Below are positions 11,086 to 21,435 of a stretch of 64,000 nt of DNA, piece by piece (position 1 is the stretch's first letter; the number at the start of each line of letters is the position of its first letter). The notes under the pieces were generated by a model. It was not told the origin of the DNA. It worked only from the letters and a program-made list of their open reading frames with translations, and searched no databases. The position numbers were made by a program, and so were the translations under genes. This stretch comes from Podarcis bocagei (lineage: Eukaryota): assembly GCA_964188305.1 (NCBI GenBank), contig OZ076889.1. One strand, written 5' to 3'.

Positions 11086-14015
11086 CCGCTGTCAAATAAT
11101 GCAGAGTAATATGCACGTTTCCATAGGAATTGCAGCCATGCTTCTGAACTCCAACCCTGACCTGTCCATCTCCGAGTTGAGGCAGAAGCTGATCCACTTC
11201 TCCAGAAAAAACCTCATCAATGAGGCTTGGTTTCCAGAAGACCAGAGGCTACTAACTCCAAACAGGGTAGCTGGGCTTCCCTCCAAACTGGTAGCAGGTG
11301 AGTGATCCTTATTCTCGTTGGCTTCATGCTTTAGTAGAAAAGCTTTGACAGGCCATGACAAGGGTCCATTTGACGTCCCCCTCCTCCCGCCTTCCAAAAT
11401 GCCACTTTTCCAGCTCAACTTTTGACTGGTTCCCAAGCACCTCCCTGAGATGGGTCTCGTGAATGCGTGTGTGTTCTCCAGTTGGCTGGACCAGGGAAAG
11501 AGCTGCACTCTGTGGGGCACTGCTAGGCACCTCTAATGGCCACGAGCCACTTCCTTTCAGATGAGCAGCTGTACTGTCGTTCCGTGTGGTCTTCCCTGTC
11601 GGGGTCAACCAGCAAGTCGATAGCTGCCGCTCGCTGCAACAGCAACGAAGAAATGTTCAGCTGCTCAAGCTTATCGAAGAATGGCAAGCGGCGAGGCGAG
11701 CGCATGGAGGTGATGTTCTGTGGGGGGCAAGGCTACGTTTTGGAGTTGCTGTTTTACATGCAGACACAAGCTTTTCCGTGGGTTATGGAGGCTTGCTGGC
11801 ACTTCCCTGTGTCTCACTGCTGTGCTTTCCAAATTCCAGGATTACGGAGGCAAGAAGCAGTGTGTGGCTCATAATCGATTTGGGGGCCAAGGCGTCTATG
11901 CCATTGCCAGGTGCTGCATTTGGCCCAAAGCCGACTGCCAGGTTCATGCCCCCTCGCAGACTGCAGAGGGCACGGCACTGCAGAGTGTCAGCTGCACCAA
12001 GGACGGCCATGTATTGACAGGTATGTGACGACAGCTGTGGGCTCTGTGTTGCCAAGGAAGGTTCTGTGCAGGGAAGAGGACTCCCTTACTGGACCCAGAC
12101 TTATGTGGCCAATAATGTGTTGTGGCACACTTGCAGATCTTATAGTTTGATGCAGCCCCAGCCCCATCAGCATTGCACTGTGTGGGTTGGGATGGGCTTT
12201 CCCACCTGCCATCTTGGGACCACTGTGCGACATTTGCAAGCAACTCTTTCTGAGCTTGCATAGTTTGCACAATTAATAACTACCGGTAATGAAAATGGAA
12301 CAGTTTATAAGTACAGTCGTACCTTGGATCCTAAACGCCTTGGTACTTGGACATTTTGGCTCCCGAATGCTGCAAACCTGGAAGTGAGTGTTCCAGCTGG
12401 CGAACCTTCTTCGGAACTGGAACGTCCGACGGGGCTTCTGACTGGCTGCAGGAGCTTCCTTCAGCTAATCAGAAGCACCACTGAGGTTTCCGAACGTTTT
12501 GGAAGTTGAACGGACTTCTGGAATGGATTCCATTCGACTTCCAAGGTACAACTGTATTTGCACTTGGGGAATTCTTCAAAGCTGGATAGAATTTATTTGG
12601 AAATTGACTAACACCTTTCTCTAAACTCACACAAGCAGAGTTTATTTTTTTTAAAGCAGCCGGAAAGTCAAGTACTGGTCAAGGATCCTTAAAACAGCAT
12701 GTAAACCTATTGCATTGTCATGGCAACATCCGCACACATTGCTTATGCATGCACAATGCCCATGAGCAGTACAGTGCATGCACACCCAAGTGGGCAAAAC
12801 AGCCTGTGGAAACAGGCCTTTCAGTAGGTCTGAACAGACAAGGCTGTATCCCACACTACTGCTTGGTCTTTTCAAGAACAGCAAATTGGGTGATTTGGGT
12901 TTATATTTGGGTTCTTGCAAACGACAACATGTGGTAGGATGATGATGTGAATTGGAGTGGGTGGGGACAGACAAGCAGAATGTGATGCTGATGCAGAAAC
13001 CTCTTCCATACCCCAGCTAATTTCTGACTTGCAATATAAACCAAAGCAAACAGAACAAACAAAAATGGAGATTCCCAATGTGAACATTCCAAATCAACTT
13101 GTACCCATGATTGCATTCATCTACACACACCCGTGTCACTGAGCATATACCCTAATATGATCTAAACTGGCAGGTTGCAGCTCTCATTCTCTGGCTGGAG
13201 ATTTCAGTGACAGCATCAGACCTGAACTGGGGACAGAAAGCCATCGTGACCAGTGTGTTGGCCAGGCAGGTGCAACCGTGCATGCTTCCTGCTGCCATGC
13301 GCCCAGCCTAGAGTGCAAGGTGCAGGAATACTCTTCTCTGGAGTACACAGCAAAGGTATGTGGGTGTCGTTCCTTTAGGGCATGAGTCACCAACCATTGT
13401 GGGTCCATGGGCTCATTTGAAACCTGGAGAAGCATGCACCTCACCACTTACTCTGCTGGCTATGACAGACAGCTTCTTTCAAGCCTAACTTCAACCTCTG
13501 GCAGAGTTTAATCACTTTTGGGCCTCAAGTGGAGGCCACTTGCCATATGATTACTGGAATTTGCTCCATGCCCAAGCTGACTAAGAGACCACGGGACCCT
13601 TCTGCACAATGATCTTGTGGTCTTTTAGCTGCAAGTCCATTTCTTTGGGCAGGGATACTTGAACCAGGCGCAGTGGCAGCAGGGTTGTGGGATTCTCTGT
13701 ATAAGAGGCTGCAAGGGAGAATGAATAGACTTATTTGGGGGTGCCACCTTTGGGGCTGCCTTATCTAGAGGTTTTCATCTTTGTCGGTGTTGACTAACCT
13801 TGCCTTCTCCATCACAGGTGATGGTGACTTGCGATGATGGCTGGACTTTGACAGGATGCAGTGCCCAGTCCCATGGCCCCAACACACTTGGGGCGTATTC
13901 TGTGGACAACACATGCATCGTCCTGAGCAGCCCAAGGGGCAAAGGAGCAGCAGCTCTGGCCATCTGTTGCAGAAAGAGACTCTTGGAAGATAAGCATGGT
14001 TCCAATTATAAGTGA
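840..14015 (+). CDS. PCSK9: Proprotein convertase subtilisin/kexin type 9, exons 3-12 (5'-partial, spliced: 840-963, 2312-2445, 5013-5154, 5874-6070, 7514-7697, 11127-11297, 11561-11709, 11840-12020, 13174-13355, 13818-14015)
   Basis: Ten GT-AG exons join in frame (1662 nt). Motifs [32 protein letters not shown], three Cys-rich modules, TGA at 14013-14015. Convergent with USP24 as in human. Confidence 0.98.
2312..2445 (+). CDS. PCSK9: PCSK9 exon 4 (catalytic Asp)
   Basis: tag|[44 protein letters not shown]|gtacgc; 134 nt. Confidence 0.96.
3229..3568 (-). mobile_element. L2-clade LINE 3' end (5'-truncated)
   Basis: tttataccccgcccatctggct...gggagggcgttccacagggcgggtgccactaccgagaaggccct with simple-repeat tail; close copy at 8268-8521. 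Confidence 0.75.
4551..4781. mobile_element. Tc1/mariner (pogo/Tigger-like) MITE
   Basis: TIRs CAGTGGTACCTYGGGTTAC (18/19 match), TA duplication on both sides. Confidence 0.9.
5013..5154 (+). CDS. PCSK9: PCSK9 exon 5 (catalytic His)
   Basis: cag|[25 protein letters not shown]...GTLM|gtgagt; 142 nt. Confidence 0.96.
5874..6070 (+). CDS. PCSK9: PCSK9 exon 6 (oxyanion Asn)
   Basis: cag|LEFIKK...[20 protein letters not shown]|gtacgt; 197 nt. Confidence 0.96.
6684..7240. mobile_element. Older MITE (GGTCACATCCACACCA ends) interrupted by a hAT element
   Basis: Left end ggtcacatccacacca, degenerate right end tggggtggacaggacc; related copy at 7779-7977. Confidence 0.55.
6879..7213. mobile_element. 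Non-autonomous hAT (Charlie-like) element
   Basis: Perfect 8-bp TSD CTCTAAAC (6871-6878, 7214-7221); ends CAGAGGTTGGC / GCCACCCCTG; CpG-rich interior. Confidence 0.88.
7514..7697 (+). CDS. PCSK9: PCSK9 exon 7 (catalytic Ser, LDLR EGF-A contact strand)
   Basis: tag|VITVGATN...[24 protein letters not shown]|gtaaag; 184 nt. Confidence 0.96.
7779..7977. mobile_element. MITE with GGTCACA...TGTGACC ends
   Basis: Terminal and subterminal inverted repeats (catttaaagcaca / tgtgctttaaatg). Confidence 0.65.
8268..8521 (-). mobile_element. L2-clade LINE 3' end, second copy
   Basis: Colinear with 3246-3470; (AATAAC/AAT)n tail. Confidence 0.75.
8530..10000 (+). mobile_element. Old, degraded L2 LINE with reverse transcriptase remnants
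   Basis: Decayed RT motifs [31 protein letters not shown] (QYADDTQL-like), [20 protein letters not shown]; frameshifted; split by a MITE at 9246-9381. Confidence 0.75.
9246..9381. mobile_element. Fully palindromic hAT-like MITE
   Basis: About 55-bp inverted arms catgggttctgaaacttaggtctc... / ...gagacccaagtttcagaaaccctg. Confidence 0.85.
11048..11084. repeat. (CA)n microsatellite
   Basis: About 18 perfect CA units. Confidence 0.98.
11127..11297 (+). CDS. PCSK9: PCSK9 exon 8
   Basis: tag|[10 protein letters not shown]...[27 protein letters not shown]|gtgagt; 171 nt. Confidence 0.95.
11561..11709 (+). CDS. PCSK9: PCSK9 exon 9 (CHRD module 1)
   Basis: cag|[10 protein letters not shown]...KRRGERME|gtgatg; 149 nt. 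Confidence 0.95.
11840..12020 (+). CDS. PCSK9: PCSK9 exon 10
   Basis: cag|[26 protein letters not shown]...GHVLT|gtatgt; 181 nt. Confidence 0.95.
12314..12554. mobile_element. Tc1/mariner (Tigger-like) MITE
   Basis: TIRs CAGTCGTACCTTGG / CCAAGGTACAACTG, TA flanks; same family in opposite orientation at 38769-39018. Confidence 0.88.
13174..13355 (+). CDS. PCSK9: PCSK9 exon 11
   Basis: cag|CSSHSL...[26 protein letters not shown]|gtatgt; 182 nt. Confidence 0.94.
13818..14015 (+). CDS. PCSK9: PCSK9 exon 12 coding part (last exon)
   Basis: cag|[15 protein letters not shown]...[18 protein letters not shown]. Confidence 0.95.
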   Translation: MMVTCDDGWTLTGCSAQSHGPNTLGAYSVDNTCIVLSSPRGKGAAALAICCRKRLLEDKHGSNYK

Positions 14016-15172
14016 CAGACCTGTTCCCACCCCACCCTTTACTATCTATCCCTGGAACTACTGTGTTAAGACCACACCCCCATAACATCACCCTAGTGAA
14101 GAAGATATTCTTCCAGGTGGGACTCTAGAAAGCATTTGGGGTGACCTTAGTAGAATGCTCCGAGTTTACCAGTTTGCCAATAGTACCACCATCTTCACTA
14201 TGGGGAGATGGTTCTAGTGATGCCCTCTCAGTAATACCAATTGAGATGCATCCACAGAATGATGTTGACAGTAGGTTAGTCAATACTTCCCCTATCTGCC
14301 TTTTATATGTATGGCCAGCCACTTCCAGCCCTTTAGGATGTGTGACAGCATCGGCTCCTTCCAAGTTTCTTCTTGTCCCCAAACTGCAGGGTAGCCAACC
14401 ATACTCCTTATTGATGTGAACCACCCAGAGTGGTTTCGTGAAAACAGCATGGATTGGGCAGTGCTCTGGGCTCAAAGTGACATTAATGCACATACATGCA
14501 TTCACTTAATGTGTTTGACTTCTATGATTTTTGAAGAACTGTTCAGTATTTCTTCAAAAGCTGGGGATAAAGAAGAAGAATGGGAGCTTTGGAGAGGACA
14601 ACAGGTTTTTGTGGGACCTCAACCCCTTCATGGTGTCTGAGGTGTAACCAGCAACTCCCCTTTTGCAGTAATTAGCAGCTTTTGAACTAAATGTTGAGTA
14701 TCCCCCTTAAGACATTTAATCTGGTAGCTGAAGCAGGATTTTGGATGGATATAATCAACTAAGTAACTGCATGAGAGCCTATGCAGTGGGACTGCCCCTC
14801 CTCCATATGTGCCCCCAAATCTACTGCAGAGGGCTGAGGGAACTCTCAGAAGAGATATAGGGTGCGGGGCAGAAGGCCCCATTATGCAAATGGAAGCTGT
14901 TCCACTCGCGCAATAAGTTTCCTATGACTCCATGTCGTGCATTGTATGCTCAGCTTCTCCCCCTCAAAGGGGTCATTCCTTGTTTTAAAAAACCATTTAC
15001 TATGTTAAGTAGCATTGTACCTATCAGGCCAGTCTTGTTTTGTAAACGTTTTGTTTTCACCTTCTCTCCCCAGCAAACATGGTTAACAAGGTTACTTGTC
15101 CAAGACAGAGTAGGAAAATAGTAGGTTAGTCCAGAAGACCCTCTCCTGGGATTCTTAAGCCATAACCTTTTA

Positions 15173-15291
15173 CAGGAGGGAAGGGGAGCCTGTGGTCCTC
15201 CAGTTGTTGCTGGACCTACAACTCCCATCTTTCCTGACCACTGGCCATGCAACTGGGGAGTCTTGGGAGGTCCACAGGTCCCCCACCCCTG
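15173..15291. mobile_element. hAT-like MITE in putative PCSK9 3'UTR
   Basis: cagg...ggggagcctgtgg / ccacaggtcccc...ccctg ends; ctacaactcccatc core. Confidence 0.6.
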
Positions 15292-16312
15292 CCTAAGCAC
15301 AGAGAAAAAGTTCCAGTGCCTAAAAATTCTCTCCTGTGTTAAGGCTGAGGGATCTCAGTATCTTGCTGTGGTTTAGCAAAGACTGGGGGAGTCGTCATGC
15401 CCATGGAGGGGCAGCATTCAGCTCATACAAACACACCCCTGCATTCCTTCAATATTTCAAGTTCTAAAGTGCCTTACAGACCCCATTTGCAATAATTAAC
15501 AGAGAGCCTTGCAAATTTAAAACCCTCCTCCCTGAAAACAGGGAGTGGTCAGGATGACTTCTGATGCTGCCTTCTAACCTAGAAATGCCCCATCTACAAG
15601 GGCTGTTTACTGTGATCCCATGTTAAGGCGGCCATATTTAATTGGCCACTGTTGCCCCTACCTGTAATTGCGGAAGGCACTGCAAAAGTCATCAGCCGAG
15701 GTAGAGGGAACAGTTCAGATTTCATTGTTGGCCTCCAAGAATACCACTGAGTGAAGAACATTTCTTTAGAACCCAAAGCACTTAAGATTCAGGAGACCAC
15801 GAACTATTATTGGCCATAAACCACACATGAGATACTGCGAAGTCAAGCACACTGTTAGTAATTTAGGCCAAATAGTTTGGTTTACTGATAAAGCACTTGG
15901 TAGCTATGATTTTAATTTTTGTTTTAAGCAGGCACAAGTCCTTCTCTCCTTTGGGTTTTTAGTCAAGTTTCCCAACTGCTTACATAATCAAAATTTTATC
16001 TGTTGATGTATGTTGAAATAGTATGTTAAAAATACTCTGACAGACCAATCCTTCCCTGTTTTCTCAGAAGTGAGGCTTACTTTCCAGGTAAGTCTGCATA
16101 GGGCTGCAGTCTAAACAGCTTTTTCATGAGTAATGTAGACAGCATGTTATACTTTGTAAGTGTTTTTGAACTAACACACATATTAACTACTGTAATTGAT
16201 AGGTGCTTAATGTAAAGAAAAGCTTTCCTCGTGCTGTGGGTTTTACATTTTTATCTGGAAACTATTTATTCTGTTTTATATAAAACATTTTATAATGCCA
16301 TTTTTTTTTTTG

Positions 16313-16318
16313 AATAAA
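16313..16318 (+). terminator. Candidate PCSK9 polyadenylation signal (3'UTR about 14016-16335)
   Basis: AATAAA after an AU/U-rich stretch, followed by U/GU-rich sequence (ttttcttggg, tgtgtagtct). Confidence 0.55.
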
Positions 16319-16383
16319 GTTTCATATGAATTTTCTTGGGAACGCATAACTGTGTAGTCTCCTCTTAAGCAGAATATTAACTA

Positions 16384-16531
16384 CAGGTAGCTCACAACTT
16401 ACGCACATTTAACTTGTGTGCATTCAGCTTGGCTTTTTAAACCCCCCCCCAAAAAAACCTGGCAGTCCTGCCAACCATTTGCACCCAATGTGTTTTGACT
16501 AGATGCATTCTTTTTGTTAGACAGCTACCTG
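16384..16531. mobile_element. Degraded Tc1/mariner-like MITE in the probable intergenic gap
   Basis: ta|CAGGTAGCT ... AGCTACCTG inverted ends. Confidence 0.4.
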
Positions 16532-16681
16532 ACATAACAAAGGTACAGATTTCTGCTAGTCTTCAGCAGAAATCTGAAGTATAGGGCAATTTCCTGAGTA
16601 AAACACCAGCAAAATGACATCTGACCTCTTTTCACAACCTAATGATCAGACTGGTCCTTTTTGTGTGTGAGAGGAATAAAC

Positions 16682-16687
16682 TTTATT
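16682..16687 (-). terminator. Candidate USP24 polyadenylation signal (3'UTR about 16660-18993)
   Basis: AATAAA on - strand with CA dinucleotides 10-20 nt downstream and GGTTGTG further on. Other candidates at 17296-17301, 18112-18117, 18288-18293. Confidence 0.5.
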
Positions 16688-18993
16688 CCATTGACCAGGA
16701 TTTCCCCCCATGAGAACTGCCTTTTCTTTTCCAGTACCAAGTGCCTTAGGAATTAGTTGGACAAATCCACACACAGCTAAGAGTGCACAGTTGAATCGCA
16801 TCTGCCACCCCACCCCATAGAACATTCCATTAAACATATATCATATCCATTTTTCATCCAAAAAGACTGGCAGTAAAAGTGATCACAACATAGAAACATG
16901 TCACAATTTACACAGCAAACTAGATTTGTTGCATTTGGTTTTTTTTAAAAAAATATTCTTCAGCAGATTCAAGTGATAGCAGCCAGAAATCAAATAATCA
17001 ACCAATTGTTGTAGTTGAAAACGGTAACCATCAACTCTGTACAAGTGGAAAGAGGACCAGAAAACAGCCTGCAATAATGTTATAATGTATGGTGGTAAAA
17101 CAGAACATTCCTGGGGTTGAACGTTGTGTTTCAGTCTGAAAAGAGACCATCTTTTCCATAGGAAATGATGGAAGCGCCAATGCCTTTGGACAAACAGAGT
17201 GATACTTTTTAATATCACCTCTGTTAACACTCGCTTCTGGTTCAACTTAAAAGTGAAGATAGGTGCTGCAATAAAAATGGGGTGGGACATCAAAATTTAT
17301 TCAAAATTTTAAAACACCACATTTAAAATTTTGGAGGCTTTTGATAAAATATCTGAATTCTGCCACATTTCAAAGAAGACACGTGTCTTGAGAGAAGCAA
17401 ATTCAACTGAAATGTCATTGTTTTGCACATGCAGTGTTACCAACACGATTCCTTTGACTCAAAACACATGGCAGAGAATTACAGCTGGAAGATGTATAGC
17501 TGTTTCCTTCAGCAGTGAAGTGACCTGTAATATTCACAACCAGTGCACAACTGTGAAGAAAGCTATTGTGTCAGATCAGGTTTTGCAACAGTACATAAAA
17601 GTGAAAAGCAAAAAGAGGCACTTTTTGGCTGTTTGTGCCTTTGACTTGGCAAACCTTTCTACAGTGGAGGTAACCCAGGCACTCTACAACTTCCCCTCAA
17701 TTCATGTGCATGGTGCATTTCATTTAAATTAAGGCAAAATCCTCGAACAAAGGCAAAAGCAGTGCAGAAAAAAATGTGAAAAAACTAAAAATTGGCACAG
17801 AAGAAGAAGCTAGTACCCAGAGCTGCTAAAGACATCACTTAACTGCATTTCACATGGGAAAACTAAATTGTACCCATATAGCTCAATTGGTTTCCAGTTA
17901 TTAAGGAACAAATGAACCTGTTGTATTTTCAATGCTGCCTGGCCAAGCAAAACAAAGCCTACAATCTTTGCCTGTGTTATTGTTTTGTTTTTTTTTTTAA
18001 AAAAAGATTCATATGTCCCCATGTCACTCAAGGAATCATATACAGCCAATTCCAACTCTCAAATTCAAAAGCATAAGCAAATGATTGCAGATCACATCAT
18101 TAAGACTACAATTTATTCAATATGTCTCCAAGTGTTAGAATGATGATTTAAGGAGGCAAAACAGCAATAAAATTCTGTCTTAAAGTGCTTTTTTTGTTTT
18201 TTGTTAAACTTACTCATCAACATTTTTTTTAAAAAGATCCACTGATGCCACAATACATAAATGTATTCTTGGAATAAACAAAGCTACTTTATTGCTCTTA
18301 TCCATTTACTTTTAGCATCAGGAAAAAAAGTTACCAATTTCAGACTTCCTTGTACCAAAACCATTCCATAAGGAATAACCATCCTTACACAAAAGGGCTG
18401 CAAACCCTTTCTGCAAAGCGCTATACAAATGACCTAGGAGACATATTAAATACAAAGGTCCTTGTGTAAACTGATTCTTAACTAATAATTTACAATGCCA
18501 AGTGTAAGTCACACATTTTTACATAATTTTGAATATCACTATTCAATATTTTCAGAAAGATTAAAAATTTGCCCTCCATTCCTAAAGGCAGTCAGATTTT
18601 TTTCTTCTTCTGTATAAAAACTGAAAGTTGGTTTTTTTTTGCAGCATCACAGAAAAGCAAGTTTTTTTTACATTCACTCATTAAAGGTTCACATAATAAA
18701 AATTTCAACCACTTGATATTTTTCCTTAAATTGGTAAAATCTTGTGACAGATTTTTAAACTCATGCTTGGACCAGCATCCCACAAGAACCACAAGGGATG
18801 CTGGGACTTCCCCCACAGCCTGATGCTTAAACTTCTCAGTTGGAGAATCTCTCTTTAGGAAGTAGCATGGCCACTTTTTCTTAGAAAGCGTCACTTCTAA
18901 AAGATGAAAGCGATGGGATTTTAACAATATCAGAAAGATGCCAGGGGTTCAATGCTTCCGTTGAACGCTTGTTCTTCAGCTTGCAGCTAACCA

Positions 18994-19056
18994 CTAAGGA
19001 TCCACATCATCAAGGTCACTTTTAGGTTCACCAATCATCATTGGGGACACTGTGCC
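18994..19056 (-). CDS. USP24: USP24 last exon coding part
   Basis: aag|[20 protein letters not shown]. Confidence 0.93.
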   Translation of the reverse strand, partial: GTVSPMMIGEPKSDLDDVDP

Positions 19057-21387
19057 CTTTCAAAAACACAAAAGAGTTAGGAAAGCATATGTACTCTTCC
19101 AAGTAATGCAGGGGTCCCTAGCCTTCTGGGGTTTGAAAGCACATTTGGAAATCTGAAGCAGGCAACACAATACACCCATTTCACAGAAGGAATAGGCAGT
19201 GCCGAGACCACCCTCTCCCAAATAAAACAGATACAGATAAAAGCAGGCAACCTCCTCACCAAAACAAGCAAAATGCCCTCCAACCAACAAAAAACACGCA
19301 AACTTCCTCCCTCAAAACAAGCAAGCAGGCAACCTTCACGAAACCAAAACAAGCAACTGAACAAAAAAGTGGGTGGGCAAGAAGCATTGTGGTGAAAAGG
19401 AGACAAGATGAAGGTGTGGCTGGATGCATGCCCTTTTATTTCTACCCATGGAAAGTGTGTGGGGGGGGGGGGAGCCAAATGCTCTTTAAAGAGTATTGGG
19501 AGGGGCAGTGGGTCTTAGCAGGTGCCAAGTGAAGTGTCTCAAGATGCTATGGAGATCATGGGCAGTACATCGTAGACCCCAGGCACTGTGAACTACCACC
19601 GCATAGCTGGCAATTTAGAACTACTCAGTAATTATTTTGCTGATCTGAATGGCACAAGCATCACCAGGAAGGCGCACTATGGTAAATGTATGCCAAACCA
19701 AATTAAGCCTCCAAGATGCTGCTGGTAGAGCTAATTCTTGCCTGAGTTCTTTAAAGTCTGAGAGAGTGAATTTCATCTAAGAAAGTAATGTGCTTAAGAA
19801 CTCCACTATATTGCTTAGAAACAGATGCATCTTAAACCAGGCTAGTATCAAACTTATTTTGGCTATATTGTGAAACTGTTCTGTGCCTGTTACCCTAAGT
19901 ATTTCAGTATTCTGATGCTTTGTGCTTATCACTCTTTGGTGCTAGACTGGCCTGAAGTCAAATCAAGCTGGGCAACAAGGCCTTTGAAACAAAGAACACT
20001 GCAAATGGTTCTTGAGGAAGACAGGTGGTAGGGTCCTACCTGGCTTACAAAAGTTTACATTTCAGCTTTTGACAGAAGAATGCACAAGCTCAATTCGTTT
20101 GCACTGGGTGGGGTTTAAAACGAGTTGGAACCATGTGGGGAGCTACTTGCACGAATTACTTTCTATATGAAGCCGTCTCTGCAAAACTCTCAAGTCAAGC
20201 AACCACTCTCACAGCTTCTTGAACGCATGAATGGGAATTACGGTTGTCTATAGAAAACAACCACTATTATAAAACAGGTGAGCTTCTGGGGTGGAATTCG
20301 AAAGTTTTCAGCATCAGGTTATGCAAAGCAAGAACGGTGAACGGAAATCAAACCATTTCCTAAGTATTAGTCACTCAGCTTTGAAGAGGCAATGCCAATT
20401 AGGAAGCCGACAGCAGCAAGCATGCAGGTAACGGACTCAGAACAACCTTGCCCTTTACCTGTGGTAGATGTCTGCCACCATTCTCATTGGCTGGGCTGCT
20501 CTCGGATCCGTTACTGCTTCCTGATTGATCCTTCTCATTCAGCAAGGCTGTGGCATATGCCAGCGTGTCCTAAAGGAAAACCATAGGACTTCAGAGCCAA
20601 GTAAATACTTTTTACACAATGTTGCTGCTTACTAGGAAAAAGAAATGCTGTGCTTGCAAACAGGCATAAATTGGCACTGGTTCAAATATGGCAAACTGGT
20701 TTTTGTTTTTTTTAAAAAGAGCATGGTAGTGATACCATATCAGAGACTTAACAAAAATCCCTTGCTATACTGCAGGGCAGGGGCTCCATTTTCTTAGCCC
20801 GTGGGCCATATTCCCTTCTGTGCAACCTTGGAAGACCACATGGTAGTGGAGGGCGGAGCCAGAAGCAAAAGGGGGAGGAGCAACAAACAGCTTTCACCTT
20901 TGGATAGTAGGCTAGTTCACACACAGTCTTCATCTTCTGTTCAGGGACACTAACGGACCAAAAGCACTCCAAATGCAAAGGCAGAACAAATGAGGAGTGT
21001 GGCCTGGGGAGAGCGCTGAGGGAGAGATGCAAGGAGGGCAGGAGAGCTGGATTTGGCTCCTGGCCCCCAGCCCAGCTGTACGAGGTTTATTTTTTAAAAG
21101 AGCAAACTGGAAAGTTATGGCACTTCAGTCCTGTTTCAATGTTTAAAGCAATGGGCAACTTGAAATTATTTAAAAATCAGTCATGCTAATGAATTTCAAG
21201 CCTATGAAGACTGGTAATGTATGCATACACGCATGTAGCTTGCAGCATTTGTGCACCAAGTTTGCTGTGCCTTTCATAAATAAAACTTGGCAATCATCGG
21301 CCAGTATTACATAGTAATTAGACAGGAGAGTACTGCACACAACAGCAAAAATGCTAGACAGCATTACCATTTTCATTATATTTGTAT

Positions 21388-21435
<48 letters not shown>

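Noticed and set aside
14125-14505. ORFs on both strands after the PCSK9 stop
   Set aside because: No homology or splice support; within the presumed 3'UTR.
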